Origin: Clostridiales bacterium
GTDB taxonomy: Bacteria > Bacillota > Clostridia > Oscillospirales > CAG-272
Direction: 5' to 3'
Length of the DNA: 64,000 nt
Assembly (NCBI GenBank): GCA_012727435.1
Contig: JAAYHB010000021.1
Coordinates: 247,918-311,917 of the forward strand
A program made the translations under genes and the position numbers. The notes under the pieces are model-generated. The model did not search any database. It had not been told where the DNA came from and worked only from the letters and a program-made list of their open reading frames with translations. Of the stretch, positions 8,830-18,494 are shown one piece after another (positions within the stretch are counted from its first letter, which is position 1; every line of letters begins with the position of its first letter).

Positions 8830-9539
8830 GATATCTGAGAAAATTTCCTCGGAAAATTTTCGGGTGTTTTTCCGTGCTTTCCGGTTATGATAAGTGTTCT
8901 GCCAATTTGTTGCGCAGCAAAATGCAAATTATATGTCAATATTTCAGGTATATCGGCGCCAAGTTTCGCGAACAAGTGCAATCCTTCAAGCTCAGCTGTT
9001 CCTTCCGGGCCTTTCATGGCTAAAAATGTCCCGCCAGGGCGCACAAAAGGAATACAGAGCTCAGCCAATATCGGGAAAGGGGCAAGCGCGCGGGAAATTG
9101 CCACATCAAAGCTGTCGCGCAAATGGGTACGCGCGGCAGCTTCTGCGCGGGCACAAACAGGGATGACATTTATTAATTCAAGCATAGAGATGCATTTATT
9201 AATAAAACTGATTTTCTTTGAAACGCTGTCAAGTGCAGTTACTTTAAGGTCGGGTCGACAAATTGCCAGCGGCAGTGAAGGGAATCCGGCTCCGCAGCCA
9301 ATGTCTATCAGATTTGAACCATCTGGTATTTGTTCGGCAACAAGCAGGGAATCAACAAAATGCTTGTAAATAATGCCCTCTGTATCTTTTATTGCAGTGA
9401 GGTTGCATTTATTGTTCTCCTGCTGTAATATGTTGGCAAACAAGAACAAATGTTCTCGGATTTGATTGTTTAATAGATGAGACAGGCGGTTTTCAGCAAA
9501 AGCAACTTCAAGAACCGGCATAAATACATTTTTATACAT
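8811..9539 (-). CDS. rsmG: 16S rRNA (guanine527-N7)-methyltransferase RsmG/GidB
   Basis: SAM motif LIDIGCGAGFPSLPLAI. Position directly downstream of mnmG. No clear RBS, so the start is uncertain. Confidence 0.85.
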   Translation of the reverse strand: MYKNVFMPVLEVAFAENRLSHLLNNQIREHLFLFANILQQENNKCNLTAIKDTEGIIYKHFVDSLLVAEQIPDGSNLIDIGCGAGFPSLPLAICRPDLKVTALDSVSKKISFINKCISMLELINVIPVCARAEAAARTHLRDSFDVAISRALAPFPILAELCIPFVRPGGTFLAMKGPEGTAELEGLHLFAKLGADIPEILTYNLHFAAQQIGRTLIITGKHGKTPENFPRKFSQISKKPLS

Positions 9540-9650
9540 AACAAATATTACTTATTATAACAAACAACGTATGACATACAATATAATGGATTTCCTTTGC
9601 ATATTAAAACAGGAATTCAAGAAAAAAGCAGTTAAGAGAACGAATACAGC

Positions 9651-11522
9651 TTATTTTTTCCCGAAATAAATCAGCAAAACCGAAATATCGGCTGGATTGA
9701 CGCCGCTGATTCGCGAGGCTTGACCTATTGTGCGGGGCTTGAAATAATTGAGTTTTTGCGCCGCCTCAATGCGCAACCCCCGGATAGCCGAATAATCTGT
9801 ATCGGGCGGAAGATAAAAATCCTCGAGCTTGGCCAGCCTTGCCGCCTCTGCCAGACAGCGCTTGATGTATCCTTCATATTTCATGTTGATTTCGGTGGTG
9901 ATTTTTACCGATCGGGGGAGAGCCGGCCGATCAGGGTCAACCGCGGCGATTTCGTCATAACCCAGCGAAGGATGTCGAATAAGATCAGAAAGCGAGATCC
10001 CGGTGTTAACCGGCGATTCTCCGAGGCTTTCAAGAAAAGGATTCACCTCAGCAGGAGAGAGGTATGTTTTCTCAAGCCGCTCGGTCTCAAGCTCAATTAA
10101 GTGCTTCCGCTCAAGAAAACGGCGGTACCTGTCGTCGGAGATAAGCCCGACGCGGCGTCCAAGCTCGGTCAGACGAAGGTCGGCGTTGTCCTGGCGGAGA
10201 AGCAGGCGGTATTCAGAGCGCGAGGTCATAATCCTGTAGGGTTCATTTGTACCTTTTGTGACCAGGTCGTCAATCAGGGTTCCGATGTATGAACTTGAGC
10301 GTTCAAGTATCAGCGGCTCCTCACCTTTGAGTTTGAGTGCGGCATTGATGCCGGCTATGAGCCCCTGAGCGGCTGCTTCTTCGTATCCTGAAGTCCCGTT
10401 AAACTGCCCGGCGCCGTACAGCCCCGAGATTTCCTTGAACTCAAGCGTGGCATAGAGCTGTGTCGGGTCGCAGCAGTCATATTCAATGGCATAGGCGTAG
10501 CGCATTATCTCGGCGTGCGAGAAACCCGGCAGAGAGCGCAGCATTTTATGCTGCACGTCAACCGGCATCGAGGTTGAAAAGCCCTGAAGGTATATTTCTT
10601 CGGTGTCGCCCATCGGCTCGACAAAAAGCTGGTGGCGCTCCTTGTCGGCAAAGCGGACGATTTTGTCCTCAATTGACGGACAATAGCGCGTTCCGGTGGC
10701 GTGAATTTTACCCGAATACATCGCCGAGCGGCTGAGGTTCTCGCGGATTATGCGATGTGTTTCGGGAGTCGTGTATACAATGTAGCATTTTAGCTGCTGC
10801 ACGCCGAGAAAGGCATCTTCGGGGGTGTCGGCAGAGAAGGGAAGCGGATACTCCTCGCCGGGCTGCTCTTCAAGGACCGAAAAGTCAATCGTGCAGCGCC
10901 TCACGCGCGGCGGGGTGCCGGTTTTAAAGCGCATCAGCTTTATCCCTTCGCGCAAAAGTGCTGAGGAGAGACTGTTTGCCGCCCGGAGATTATCTGGCCC
11001 GCTCTGGTAGCTCACATCTCCGACAAAAATTTTGCCTAAAAGATATGTCCCGGGACATAAAATTGCGCAGTCGCAATACCAGACCTCGCCAAGCTGCGTC
11101 TTCACTCCGGAAACCTTCCTTCCGGAAGGTGTCGGCTCAATGATAATATCGGTTATTTCGGCCTGAATAAGCCGGAGGTTCGGCGTGCTCTCGAGCGTCT
11201 TCTTCATTAAATGGTGGTAGCGCTGGCGGTCGGCCTGAATGCGCTTTGAGTGGACTGCTGCCCCCTTGCCGAGGTTTAGAGTTCTCGACTGTAGGGTTAC
11301 CTTGTCTGCCGCGCGCCCCATCTCTCCGCCCAACGCGTCGATTTCATATACAAGATGTCCCTTGCCGGTGCCGCCGATTGAAGGGTTGCAGGGCATGTTG
11401 GCAAGCGAATCAAGAGAGAGGGTAAAAAGTACGGTGTCAATACCGAGTCTGGCGCAGGCAAGCGCTGCCTCAACTCCGGCATGGCCCGCGCCGACCACGG
11501 CAACCTGGGTTCTGTTGTGCAT
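9651..11522 (-). CDS. mnmG: tRNA uridine 5-carboxymethylaminomethyl modification enzyme MnmG/GidA
   Basis: Start trimmed to MHNRTQVAVVGAGHAGVEAALACARLG (FAD fold). Conserved GidA core (QINGTSGYEEAAAQG-like: GQFNGTSGYEEAAAQG). Confidence 0.95.
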   Translation of the reverse strand: MHNRTQVAVVGAGHAGVEAALACARLGIDTVLFTLSLDSLANMPCNPSIGGTGKGHLVYEIDALGGEMGRAADKVTLQSRTLNLGKGAAVHSKRIQADRQRYHHLMKKTLESTPNLRLIQAEITDIIIEPTPSGRKVSGVKTQLGEVWYCDCAILCPGTYLLGKIFVGDVSYQSGPDNLRAANSLSSALLREGIKLMRFKTGTPPRVRRCTIDFSVLEEQPGEEYPLPFSADTPEDAFLGVQQLKCYIVYTTPETHRIIRENLSRSAMYSGKIHATGTRYCPSIEDKIVRFADKERHQLFVEPMGDTEEIYLQGFSTSMPVDVQHKMLRSLPGFSHAEIMRYAYAIEYDCCDPTQLYATLEFKEISGLYGAGQFNGTSGYEEAAAQGLIAGINAALKLKGEEPLILERSSSYIGTLIDDLVTKGTNEPYRIMTSRSEYRLLLRQDNADLRLTELGRRVGLISDDRYRRFLERKHLIELETERLEKTYLSPAEVNPFLESLGESPVNTGISLSDLIRHPSLGYDEIAAVDPDRPALPRSVKITTEINMKYEGYIKRCLAEAARLAKLEDFYLPPDTDYSAIRGLRIEAAQKLNYFKPRTIGQASRISGVNPADISVLLIYFGKK

Positions 11523-11615
11523 ATAACCACCCCAAAAGGCGGGGATCCTTTCAAAAAGCATTGACAAATAAAGAAATTCTACTCACAGTAGAGTTAAATT
11601 GCCCGGGAAATCAGA

Positions 11616-12857
11616 TTACTCAAACATCGAAAGATACCTTTCCTGCTCGGGAGAGAGCCTGTCAATGCTCGCTCCGAGCGAGGAGAGCTTTAGCCAGGCG
11701 ACTTCTTTATCTATTTCCTCGGGGACCGGGTGGAGCCGGGGCTCAAGACTGCCCTTGTTTTTGACAAGATATTCAAGGCACTTGGCCTGAAGCGAAAATG
11801 ACATATCCATAATCTCTGCCGGGTGACCGTTTCCGGCGGCAAGATTTACCAGCCGGCCTTCGGCGAGCAGGTTGAGTGTCCTGCCGTCGGGCAGCTTGTA
11901 GCCGACAATATTGGGTTTTCGTTCTACAATTTCAACCGCCATGTCGGCCAGCGCAAGTTTATCTATTTCGACGTCAAAATGACCGCTGTTGGCAAGCAGC
12001 ACGCCGTCCTTCATGACCGAAAAATGCTCGCGCCGTATGACATCTCGGCAGCCGGTTAGAGTGACGAACAAATCCCCGAGCGGAGCGGCTTCTTCCATAG
12101 GCATCACCCGAAAGCCGTCCATTATCGCCTCAAGCGCGCGCACCGGATTTATCTCGGTGACAATGACGTTCGCACCCATGCCCCGTGCCCGCAGGGCAAA
12201 GCCTTTCCCGCACCAGCCGTAGCCGGCGATAACTACGGTTTTGCCGGCGATTATCAGGTTGGTGGTGTTCATGATGGCGTCAATTGTCGACTGGCCGGTT
12301 CCGTAGCGGTTGTCAAAGAGGTGTTTGCACTCGGCGTCGTTGACATTTATCATGGGGTAGTCAAGCCGCCCGGCGCGCTCACGCTCGCGCAGCCTCCGGA
12401 TTCCGGTGGTTGTCTCCTCGCAGCCGCCGATGAGGTTTTTGCCATACTCCCGGCACTCTCCGTGTAAAAGCGAGACAAGGTCGCCGCCGTCGTCGATTAT
12501 CAGGTGCGGCCGGCAGGCAAGCGCCGCTTTGAGGTGTTCGGTATATTCGGTTTCGGTGACGCCGCGCCTGGCGTATACCTCGATTCCCGCCTGAGCCAGC
12601 GCGGCGGCGACATCGTCCTGGGTTGAAAGCGGATTGCAGCCGGTCGCATATACCTCGGCGCCCCCGGCGCGCAGGGTCTCGGCAAGGTATGCGGTCTTGG
12701 CTTCAAGGTGGATTGAGACGGTAATCCGCTTGCCCAGAAAAGGCTTTGATGCCTCGAACCCCGCGCGTATGCCCGAGAGAACCGGCATGTACGAGGCCAC
12801 CCAGTTTATTTTGTCGCGGCCCGACGGGGCGAGAGTGATGTCTTTTATATCGCTCAT
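11616..12857 (-). CDS. ahcY: adenosylhomocysteinase
   Basis: 413 aa. NAD site VVIAGYGWCGKG, and MSDIKDITLAPSGRDKINW at the N-terminus. Confidence 0.9.
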   Translation of the reverse strand: MSDIKDITLAPSGRDKINWVASYMPVLSGIRAGFEASKPFLGKRITVSIHLEAKTAYLAETLRAGGAEVYATGCNPLSTQDDVAAALAQAGIEVYARRGVTETEYTEHLKAALACRPHLIIDDGGDLVSLLHGECREYGKNLIGGCEETTTGIRRLRERERAGRLDYPMINVNDAECKHLFDNRYGTGQSTIDAIMNTTNLIIAGKTVVIAGYGWCGKGFALRARGMGANVIVTEINPVRALEAIMDGFRVMPMEEAAPLGDLFVTLTGCRDVIRREHFSVMKDGVLLANSGHFDVEIDKLALADMAVEIVERKPNIVGYKLPDGRTLNLLAEGRLVNLAAGNGHPAEIMDMSFSLQAKCLEYLVKNKGSLEPRLHPVPEEIDKEVAWLKLSSLGASIDRLSPEQERYLSMFE

Positions 12858-12892
12858 GGGTTTTGTCCTTTCGTGATGGAATGGCGCAAGGG

Positions 12893-13726
12893 TTACACCG
12901 GCAAAGATACCGCGTATGTATCGGAGCCGCTGTTCTTCCTGTAGGCGCTGGGCGTCTGTTTCATGTGTTTGATAAAGGCGCGGTTGAAGGTGCGCAGGGT
13001 TCCGAAGCCGACCAGCTCGCTGATTTCGATAATGCTCTTATCGGTCTGGCGCAGGTAGCGGCAGGCCTGCGAGACGCGCAGCGAATTGATATAGTCGTTG
13101 AACCTGATGTTCAGCCTGTCGCCGAAAAGATGAGAGATATAATACCTGTTTATGTGCAGCTTGTCTTCAAGCACGGTAAGCGAGAGCGGGCTGGTGTAAT
13201 TCTTTGAGCAATAATCGACCACCGCCTTGAGCGCCTGCGTCTCGCCCGAGCGGAGCTTGGTCAGGGGTACGTAGCGCAAGAGCTTGCCGAAAAAAGCAAG
13301 CAGGTACCCGCGCAGGATTATGTCCCGGTGCCTGCTGTCGCTCTCGTTGCAAACCCCGGCCAGTTTGTAGAGCAGCCCGACAAGCTCGGGATAACGGTCG
13401 GCGTTTTTTAATAAATTGGTCTCGGGAAGGCTTGAGCCGATAAGCGAATCAATCTCGGGGATTATATCCGGGCCGACAATGAACAGCATGTACTTTTCGG
13501 GCTCGGTGGTGACAAACCTGTGAATCTGATTGGGGAAGGCGATGAATATATCGCCCGGGCAGATCTGATATGCCGCCGAGTCGGCATATCCGGTCGAGTG
13601 CCCCTCAATCATGTAGACAAACTCGATATGGTGATGCAGATGAGGGTGGCAGCCGAGCTTGACGCTGAAATTCTTATCTGTCCGGTAATAAAAATCGGTT
13701 TTTCGCTTTTCGTACAGCGGTCCCAT
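12893..13726 (-). CDS. AraC-family transcriptional regulator (cupin + HTH)
   Basis: N-terminal cupin (HPHLHHHIEFVYMIEG) and a C-terminal AraC HTH (GFGTLRTFNRAFIKHMKQTPSAYR). GGAGGA RBS. Confidence 0.8.
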   Translation of the reverse strand: MGPLYEKRKTDFYYRTDKNFSVKLGCHPHLHHHIEFVYMIEGHSTGYADSAAYQICPGDIFIAFPNQIHRFVTTEPEKYMLFIVGPDIIPEIDSLIGSSLPETNLLKNADRYPELVGLLYKLAGVCNESDSRHRDIILRGYLLAFFGKLLRYVPLTKLRSGETQALKAVVDYCSKNYTSPLSLTVLEDKLHINRYYISHLFGDRLNIRFNDYINSLRVSQACRYLRQTDKSIIEISELVGFGTLRTFNRAFIKHMKQTPSAYRKNSGSDTYAVSLPV

Positions 13727-13755
13727 CGCATCCTCCGTTTATTGTTCGGGTATGC

Positions 13756-16083
13756 TTATGCATCATCGCGGTTGGCAAGCGCAGTATTTGGCTGGCTGCG
13801 TTTTTTGCGTGCGCGGCGCCTGCGGATTTTGTGATAGAGCCGGGAGAAAAGCGCCAGAAGCAGCAGCAGGACAAAGAAGACAAGCAGGAACAGAACTACT
13901 GTCCAGAGAATTGAAGCGGCGGTGCTCCGGTTGTTCGCGGTGCTTATTGAGGAGATAGTGAGTTCAAAGGGCGCCTCTTTGTCGGTCGGGCTTATCCATA
14001 GCGAGAGGTTTATGTCCTCGCGGTCAATCGCGCCGGCAAACTCCGAGATATCAAAGCAGACAGTCTGGCTTCCCGGCAGGTAAGAGCCGGTCGCTTCATA
14101 TGTTATATGCCGGTTCTTGCTGATTTGCGAGAGCCGCAGGGTAAGTTTCCCCTCGCCGCTGCTCTCCGGGATGTCAACCAAAAGATATCCTGCGTCCGAC
14201 AAAAGCAGGCTGCTGACACTCTCTCTGATAATGCCGGTGTCACCGAGACCCAAAATCCGCAGTGCCGGCCTGCCGCTCACAGGTTGAAGGTCGATGCCGG
14301 CGCCGGTCGATACCGGCTCAAAACCCGAGAGTTCACCCTGCGAAAAGTCGATAATTGTCGAGAACTTTAGCTTTTTTGTATCGACGGCAGCAGTCGCCTT
14401 TGCGTCAAATCTGTTTTTTACCTTGACTGCCTCCGAGAGGTTGCCGTACATATAGTCAAACTCGCTGCCTGCCGGCGCCGCCGCGGCGACAACCGGACCG
14501 TCGTCCTTGGTGTCAATTAAGGCAAACACCTCCCATACCGGCTTTTTTGCACCGTTCTCTGCGGCAAGCCCGCGTTTATCTTCGCCGCTGTCATAGAGCG
14601 GGGAGTAAATGAGGGCGTCGATGTCGCTGTCGGCGGCAGCCTTGTAGTAGGCATAGGCGTAAGAGGCCGCCTGATTGCCGAGCGTTGAGTCGTCGGCCGG
14701 ATCACCGCTCACCCCGAAGGCGCATATGACGCTGCGCCGACCGCCCGCAAAGGTATAGTTCTTTGAGAGGGCATAGGTCAGGACATTTATGTTTGCCGGG
14801 GAAAGGTACTGCGAGGAGGCGCCGGTAGCCAGTGCGTCGTCCCAGATGCTGCTGTCGGTCGGGTCAAGGGCCTCTGCCGAGACCGCAACCCCCCAGTTGT
14901 AGTCGCCCGAGGCGGTGTTTGTTGCATTGAAGCTTGCCAGAAAGGCGCTTGAGCTCATGCCGCCAGGCGAGTCGGCCGGGGTGTTCCAGTTTCTGCCCAG
15001 CGAGATGTAAACCCGACCGTGGGCATAATTTGACACCAACGCAATTCTGGCAAGCCTGACCAGCCGCGCATAGGAGGCGACATATGCCTGCGGGTCAATA
15101 TCCCCGCCGGCGGCGTTTGAGACCGACCAGTCATTTACGTCATGACCGATAATAAAGGCACCGCAAAAGCCAAACGCCCTGTCGGAGCGGGTGTAGCGCT
15201 TTGCCAGAAACTCGAAAAGCGCCGCCATGTAACCGGCACAGTCTTCATTATTTATATTTACGGCATAGTGACGGGCCCCTTCCGGGGCGTCGGCAAACCC
15301 GAGGCAGCTCAGCTTGTCCGCAAGCGAGGCGGGATGAGTATTCAGTATAAAGCGGAGATAGACTATCACAGACTCGGCCGAGAGAGTCTTGACCTTCCGG
15401 TCGAGCTCCCTGAGCGAGGCGTCATTGAAATGATAGGTAATTCCGTTGAAGACATAATCGATGGTATTGAGCGAGGCCGGTTCGGCAGGTCTCGGGATGG
15501 CGATAAAATCCTCGATTGCAACATCAAGCAGAGCATGCGAGGTGCCGAGCGAAAGGATGTCGGCAACAGAATCTGCCGCAAGCCCCTTAATCGACATCGC
15601 CTCGGGGAAAGCCTGACCGCCCGGAGCAAGCACCTCGGGGTTGAGCACCGGGACCGGCGCGCCTATCGGGGTATAGCTGCCGTCGTCGCCTTTTGTCGCC
15701 AGCACATACGAGCAGTAAAGCCGGGTGAGCGAGCCTTCGGCAAGCGGTGCCGACCAGGTGCTTTTAGTCGAGGCTCTGAAGGAATAAACCGGTTCAAGCC
15801 CGGGGAGCGAGTCGGCGCCGACTCCCGGGGGAAGCTCGAACAGGTATACCGTTGTCCGGGAGTTGTTCTCGACAAACCCGGAACTGAGGGTCGAGCGGAC
15901 CGTCAGCTTTGTCCCCCGGCTGTTCAGTGTGACCGAGCGCACACCGTCGGCCTGCGCCACCTCGGTGAGGCTGATGGTTCCGGTTTCTGACGGTTTGCCG
16001 GCAGAGCTGCAGGAGGCAAGCAAAAGTAAGCAGAGCAGCAAAAGGGCCATTACCGCCGTTATATTTCGGAGCCTGTTCTTCAT
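13756..16083 (-). CDS. large surface lipoprotein with a C-terminal membrane anchor (possibly DUF5722/glycosidase-like)
   Basis: 775 aa with lipobox LLASCSS. C-terminal TM ILWTVVLFLLVFFVLLLLLALF followed by RRRRARKKR. GGAGGT RBS. The family call is weak. Confidence 0.55.
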   Translation of the reverse strand: MKNRLRNITAVMALLLLCLLLLASCSSAGKPSETGTISLTEVAQADGVRSVTLNSRGTKLTVRSTLSSGFVENNSRTTVYLFELPPGVGADSLPGLEPVYSFRASTKSTWSAPLAEGSLTRLYCSYVLATKGDDGSYTPIGAPVPVLNPEVLAPGGQAFPEAMSIKGLAADSVADILSLGTSHALLDVAIEDFIAIPRPAEPASLNTIDYVFNGITYHFNDASLRELDRKVKTLSAESVIVYLRFILNTHPASLADKLSCLGFADAPEGARHYAVNINNEDCAGYMAALFEFLAKRYTRSDRAFGFCGAFIIGHDVNDWSVSNAAGGDIDPQAYVASYARLVRLARIALVSNYAHGRVYISLGRNWNTPADSPGGMSSSAFLASFNATNTASGDYNWGVAVSAEALDPTDSSIWDDALATGASSQYLSPANINVLTYALSKNYTFAGGRRSVICAFGVSGDPADDSTLGNQAASYAYAYYKAAADSDIDALIYSPLYDSGEDKRGLAAENGAKKPVWEVFALIDTKDDGPVVAAAAPAGSEFDYMYGNLSEAVKVKNRFDAKATAAVDTKKLKFSTIIDFSQGELSGFEPVSTGAGIDLQPVSGRPALRILGLGDTGIIRESVSSLLLSDAGYLLVDIPESSGEGKLTLRLSQISKNRHITYEATGSYLPGSQTVCFDISEFAGAIDREDINLSLWISPTDKEAPFELTISSISTANNRSTAASILWTVVLFLLVFFVLLLLLALFSRLYHKIRRRRARKKRSQPNTALANRDDA

Positions 16084-16141
16084 ATCTACCTCCGTGCCGC
16101 CGCAGGCGGCTGAAATTTAAATCCGGGTGTCGGGGCCGGCA

Positions 16142-17350
16142 CTAAACATAATACCGCGGCACGCGGGAGCTGATAAGACAAAGCGATTCATAGCCGATAG
16201 TCCCGGCGCGGTGCGCGAGTTCCTCAAGATCGCCGGGTTCCTCGCCGAAAAGCACGGCGGTATCTCCGGTTGTGCAGGGAGTTCCGGTGATATCGGCGGT
16301 CAGCTGGTCCATGCAGACCCGTCCGACGACAGTTGCAGGATATGCAATATTGTCATGATATATTTTTATGGTGCCGCCGGTATAAGCCCTCAAAAACCCG
16401 TCGGCATAGCCGACCGGAATTACCGCAATTTTCCTTGGCATATCCGACACAAAACAGCCCCCGTAGCCCACGGTTGCCCCGGGGGGCAGGTCGTAGACAT
16501 GCGAGACAACAGAGCGGAGCCTCATCACCGGCAGAAGCCCGGGGAAGCTTACCTCGTCCGAGGGGAGAAGGCCGTAGAGCATTATGCCGAGCCGCACCAT
16601 CTCCAGCCGGTACTCGGGGTAGCGCAGGGCGGCGGCGCTGTTGCAGACATGCCTATGCGGAATATTGATACCCCGTTCCCGGAGCAGTGAGTCAACCGCC
16701 ATAAAGCGGCGAAACTGGTTTGCGGTATATTCTTCGCCGCTCATGCCCGCCGGCGGGTTCTCCCGGCAGGTCCCCTCATCTGCCCTTGCGAAATGCGTGA
16801 ACATCCCCTCAAGGCGCAGGTGCGGGGAGGCGGCAAGCTCTGCCGCAACCTCTGCCGCTCTCGCGATTGCTTTATCGGTCTGGGCCGGCAGGCCGAGCCG
16901 GTTCATTCCGGTGTCAAGCTTAAGATGCACCCGCAGCACGACCCCGGCGGCTTCGGCTGCGCAAGCCAGCCTTCTCATGTATTCCTCAGAGATAACAGCC
17001 TGTATGATATTGTTCGCCGCAAGCTCGGCGGCACAGTCGGGATCGGTATAGCCTAAAATCAGAATATCGGGACCCGGGCCGAGCAGACTCCGCAGGGCAG
17101 TTGCCTCGTCAAGGCAGGCCACTGCAAAGAAATCACAGCCGGCCTCCATCAGCGCGCGCGACACCACTTCGGCACCGTGCCCGTAGGCGTCGGCCTTGAC
17201 CACGCATACAGGCCTGACATCCGGGGTGGTGCGGCGGATAGCCTGCAGCAGCAGATCATAATTGCGGTGCAGCGCCCCGAGGCTGATTTCGGCTACTGTT
17301 TCGTGTTTTGTCTGGCGGGGGAGAGATGAATAAAGTCTGTATGCCTCCAT
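16142..17350 (-). CDS. alr: alanine racemase
   Basis: PLP-lysine motif VCVVKADAYGHG, and a C-terminal beta domain with the YGG motif. Confidence 0.9.
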   Translation of the reverse strand: MEAYRLYSSLPRQTKHETVAEISLGALHRNYDLLLQAIRRTTPDVRPVCVVKADAYGHGAEVVSRALMEAGCDFFAVACLDEATALRSLLGPGPDILILGYTDPDCAAELAANNIIQAVISEEYMRRLACAAEAAGVVLRVHLKLDTGMNRLGLPAQTDKAIARAAEVAAELAASPHLRLEGMFTHFARADEGTCRENPPAGMSGEEYTANQFRRFMAVDSLLRERGINIPHRHVCNSAAALRYPEYRLEMVRLGIMLYGLLPSDEVSFPGLLPVMRLRSVVSHVYDLPPGATVGYGGCFVSDMPRKIAVIPVGYADGFLRAYTGGTIKIYHDNIAYPATVVGRVCMDQLTADITGTPCTTGDTAVLFGEEPGDLEELAHRAGTIGYESLCLISSRVPRYYV

Positions 17351-17509
17351 TTGCCGCCTTTCGTCGGATAAAAATCATGGGTCGGTCAACGAATGACAAT
17401 ATTTGTCCACAACATTATATCATATGCCGCCCCGGATTGCAATATTTTAATCGCTTCCAACATAAGATGTAAATGCTCCGGAGTGTTAAGTATCGGTTTT
17501 GAGGGCGAC

Positions 17510-18046
17510 ATGAAAAGACTGCTGACAACTCTTTTGTTTCTGCTGCTGCTCTCGGGCTGCATGGCAGACGACGGCAGATATCTTGAATATTCACGCGGCG
17601 CATTTGCGGCAATAATCGAGGGCAGGGCGGGGGAGTTTGATTTCACCGCCGAGGTGAGGGTTGGCCCTCCTCTTGATACCGGGGACAGAAATCCCCCGCC
17701 GCGCGATATAGAGCTGACATTTTTAAGCCCCGCGACGCTTGCGGGGATAAGGATTGCGCGCCGTGACGGCCGGGTGAGCGTATACTCGGGCGAGCTTACT
17801 GCCGACGGCAGTTATGCGGCCGGCTGGCTGGCGGCGGCCGAGCTCCTCATACCCGAGGGCAGCGTAACCGCAGCCAGACATATCACCGAGGACGGCGTGA
17901 AAATGACAAAACTTGAGATGAGGCTGCGTGATTCGAGCCTTCTGACAATCTGGATTGACCGCTCGGGTTATCCGCTGCGGGTTGTATCAGATTCGGGCAG
18001 GCAAAAAACAGACCTGCGCATCAGGGCCTTCACCCCCAGACAATGA
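17510..18046 (+). CDS. small lipoprotein, unknown function
   Basis: Start trimmed to MKRLLTTLLFLLLLSGC (lipobox LSGC), with GAGGG upstream. Confidence 0.55.
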   Translation: MKRLLTTLLFLLLLSGCMADDGRYLEYSRGAFAAIIEGRAGEFDFTAEVRVGPPLDTGDRNPPPRDIELTFLSPATLAGIRIARRDGRVSVYSGELTADGSYAAGWLAAAELLIPEGSVTAARHITEDGVKMTKLEMRLRDSSLLTIWIDRSGYPLRVVSDSGRQKTDLRIRAFTPRQ

Positions 18047-18069
18047 GCGATAGAGGCGTATAAAATAAT

Positions 18070-18099
18070 AAGGGAAGCTCTCACCCGAGATCTTCCCTT
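18070..18099. terminator. bidirectional hairpin between convergent genes
   Basis: AAGGGAAG-14 nt-CTTCCCTT. It is followed by TATGATTTT on + and ATTATTTTA on -. Confidence 0.45.
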
Positions 18100-18137
18100 T
18101 ATGATTTTCTTGTGTGTTGCGGTCTGCCGGAGATTGC

Positions 18138-18494
18138 TCAGGGCCTTTTCTTCGGAAGCAGCGCGACAACCACAATGATTATAATTACGATAATGATTAT
18201 CGCGATTATAATCCCCCACATTGTTTTGTTGTCCCGCTCGTCGTTTGTGCCGGGGGCGGTTGTGGACCCGCCTGCGGCGGTTGTGGTTCCGCCTGCGGCA
18301 GTGGTTGTCCCGCCTGCGGCGGTGGTCGTCCTGCCGGTTGTCGTGTTGTCATCGGTTGTGGTCACTTCGGCAGTCGTCGTATTGTCGTCTGTCGTGGTGT
18401 CGTCGCCGTTTGCCGCCGCACAGGGCAAGAGAGCATTACCGAGCGACAACAGAACCAGCACTGCCAGCAGCGCTATAATGGCTGTTTTTTTCAC
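18138..18494 (-). CDS. small Thr-rich repeat surface protein with a C-terminal TM anchor
   Basis: GTG start at 18494 with GGAGGAAT 6 nt upstream. Signal peptide VKKTAIIALLAVLVLLSLG, TTTAAGG x3 repeats, and a terminal IIIAIIIIVIIIIVVVALLPKKRP. Confidence 0.5.
   Translation of the reverse strand: MKKTAIIALLAVLVLLSLGNALLPCAAANGDDTTTDDNTTTAEVTTTDDNTTTGRTTTAAGGTTTAAGGTTTAAGGSTTAPGTNDERDNKTMWGIIIAIIIIVIIIIVVVALLPKKRP
18268..18330. repeat. 3 x 21-bp tandem repeat (encodes TTTAAGG)
   Basis: CCGCCTGCGGCGGTTGTGGTT / CCGCCTGCGGCAGTGGTTGTC / CCGCCTGCGGCGGTGGTCGTC, read directly. Confidence 0.8.

Noticed and set aside
17351-17509. A possible oriC remnant. The coding-strand switch (alr on -, lipoprotein on +) coincides with a DnaA-box-like TTGTCCACA (17403-17411, 8/9) and a weaker GTCGGATAA (6/9).
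   Set aside because: There is only one decent box, no cluster, no obvious AT-rich unwinding element, no dnaA nearby, and strand bias is not maintained further along the window.
18268-18330. Regularly spaced 21-bp direct repeats, considered as a possible mini CRISPR array.
   Set aside because: The repeats are contiguous with no spacers. They are in-frame inside a coding sequence (TTTAAGG units), and no cas genes are present.
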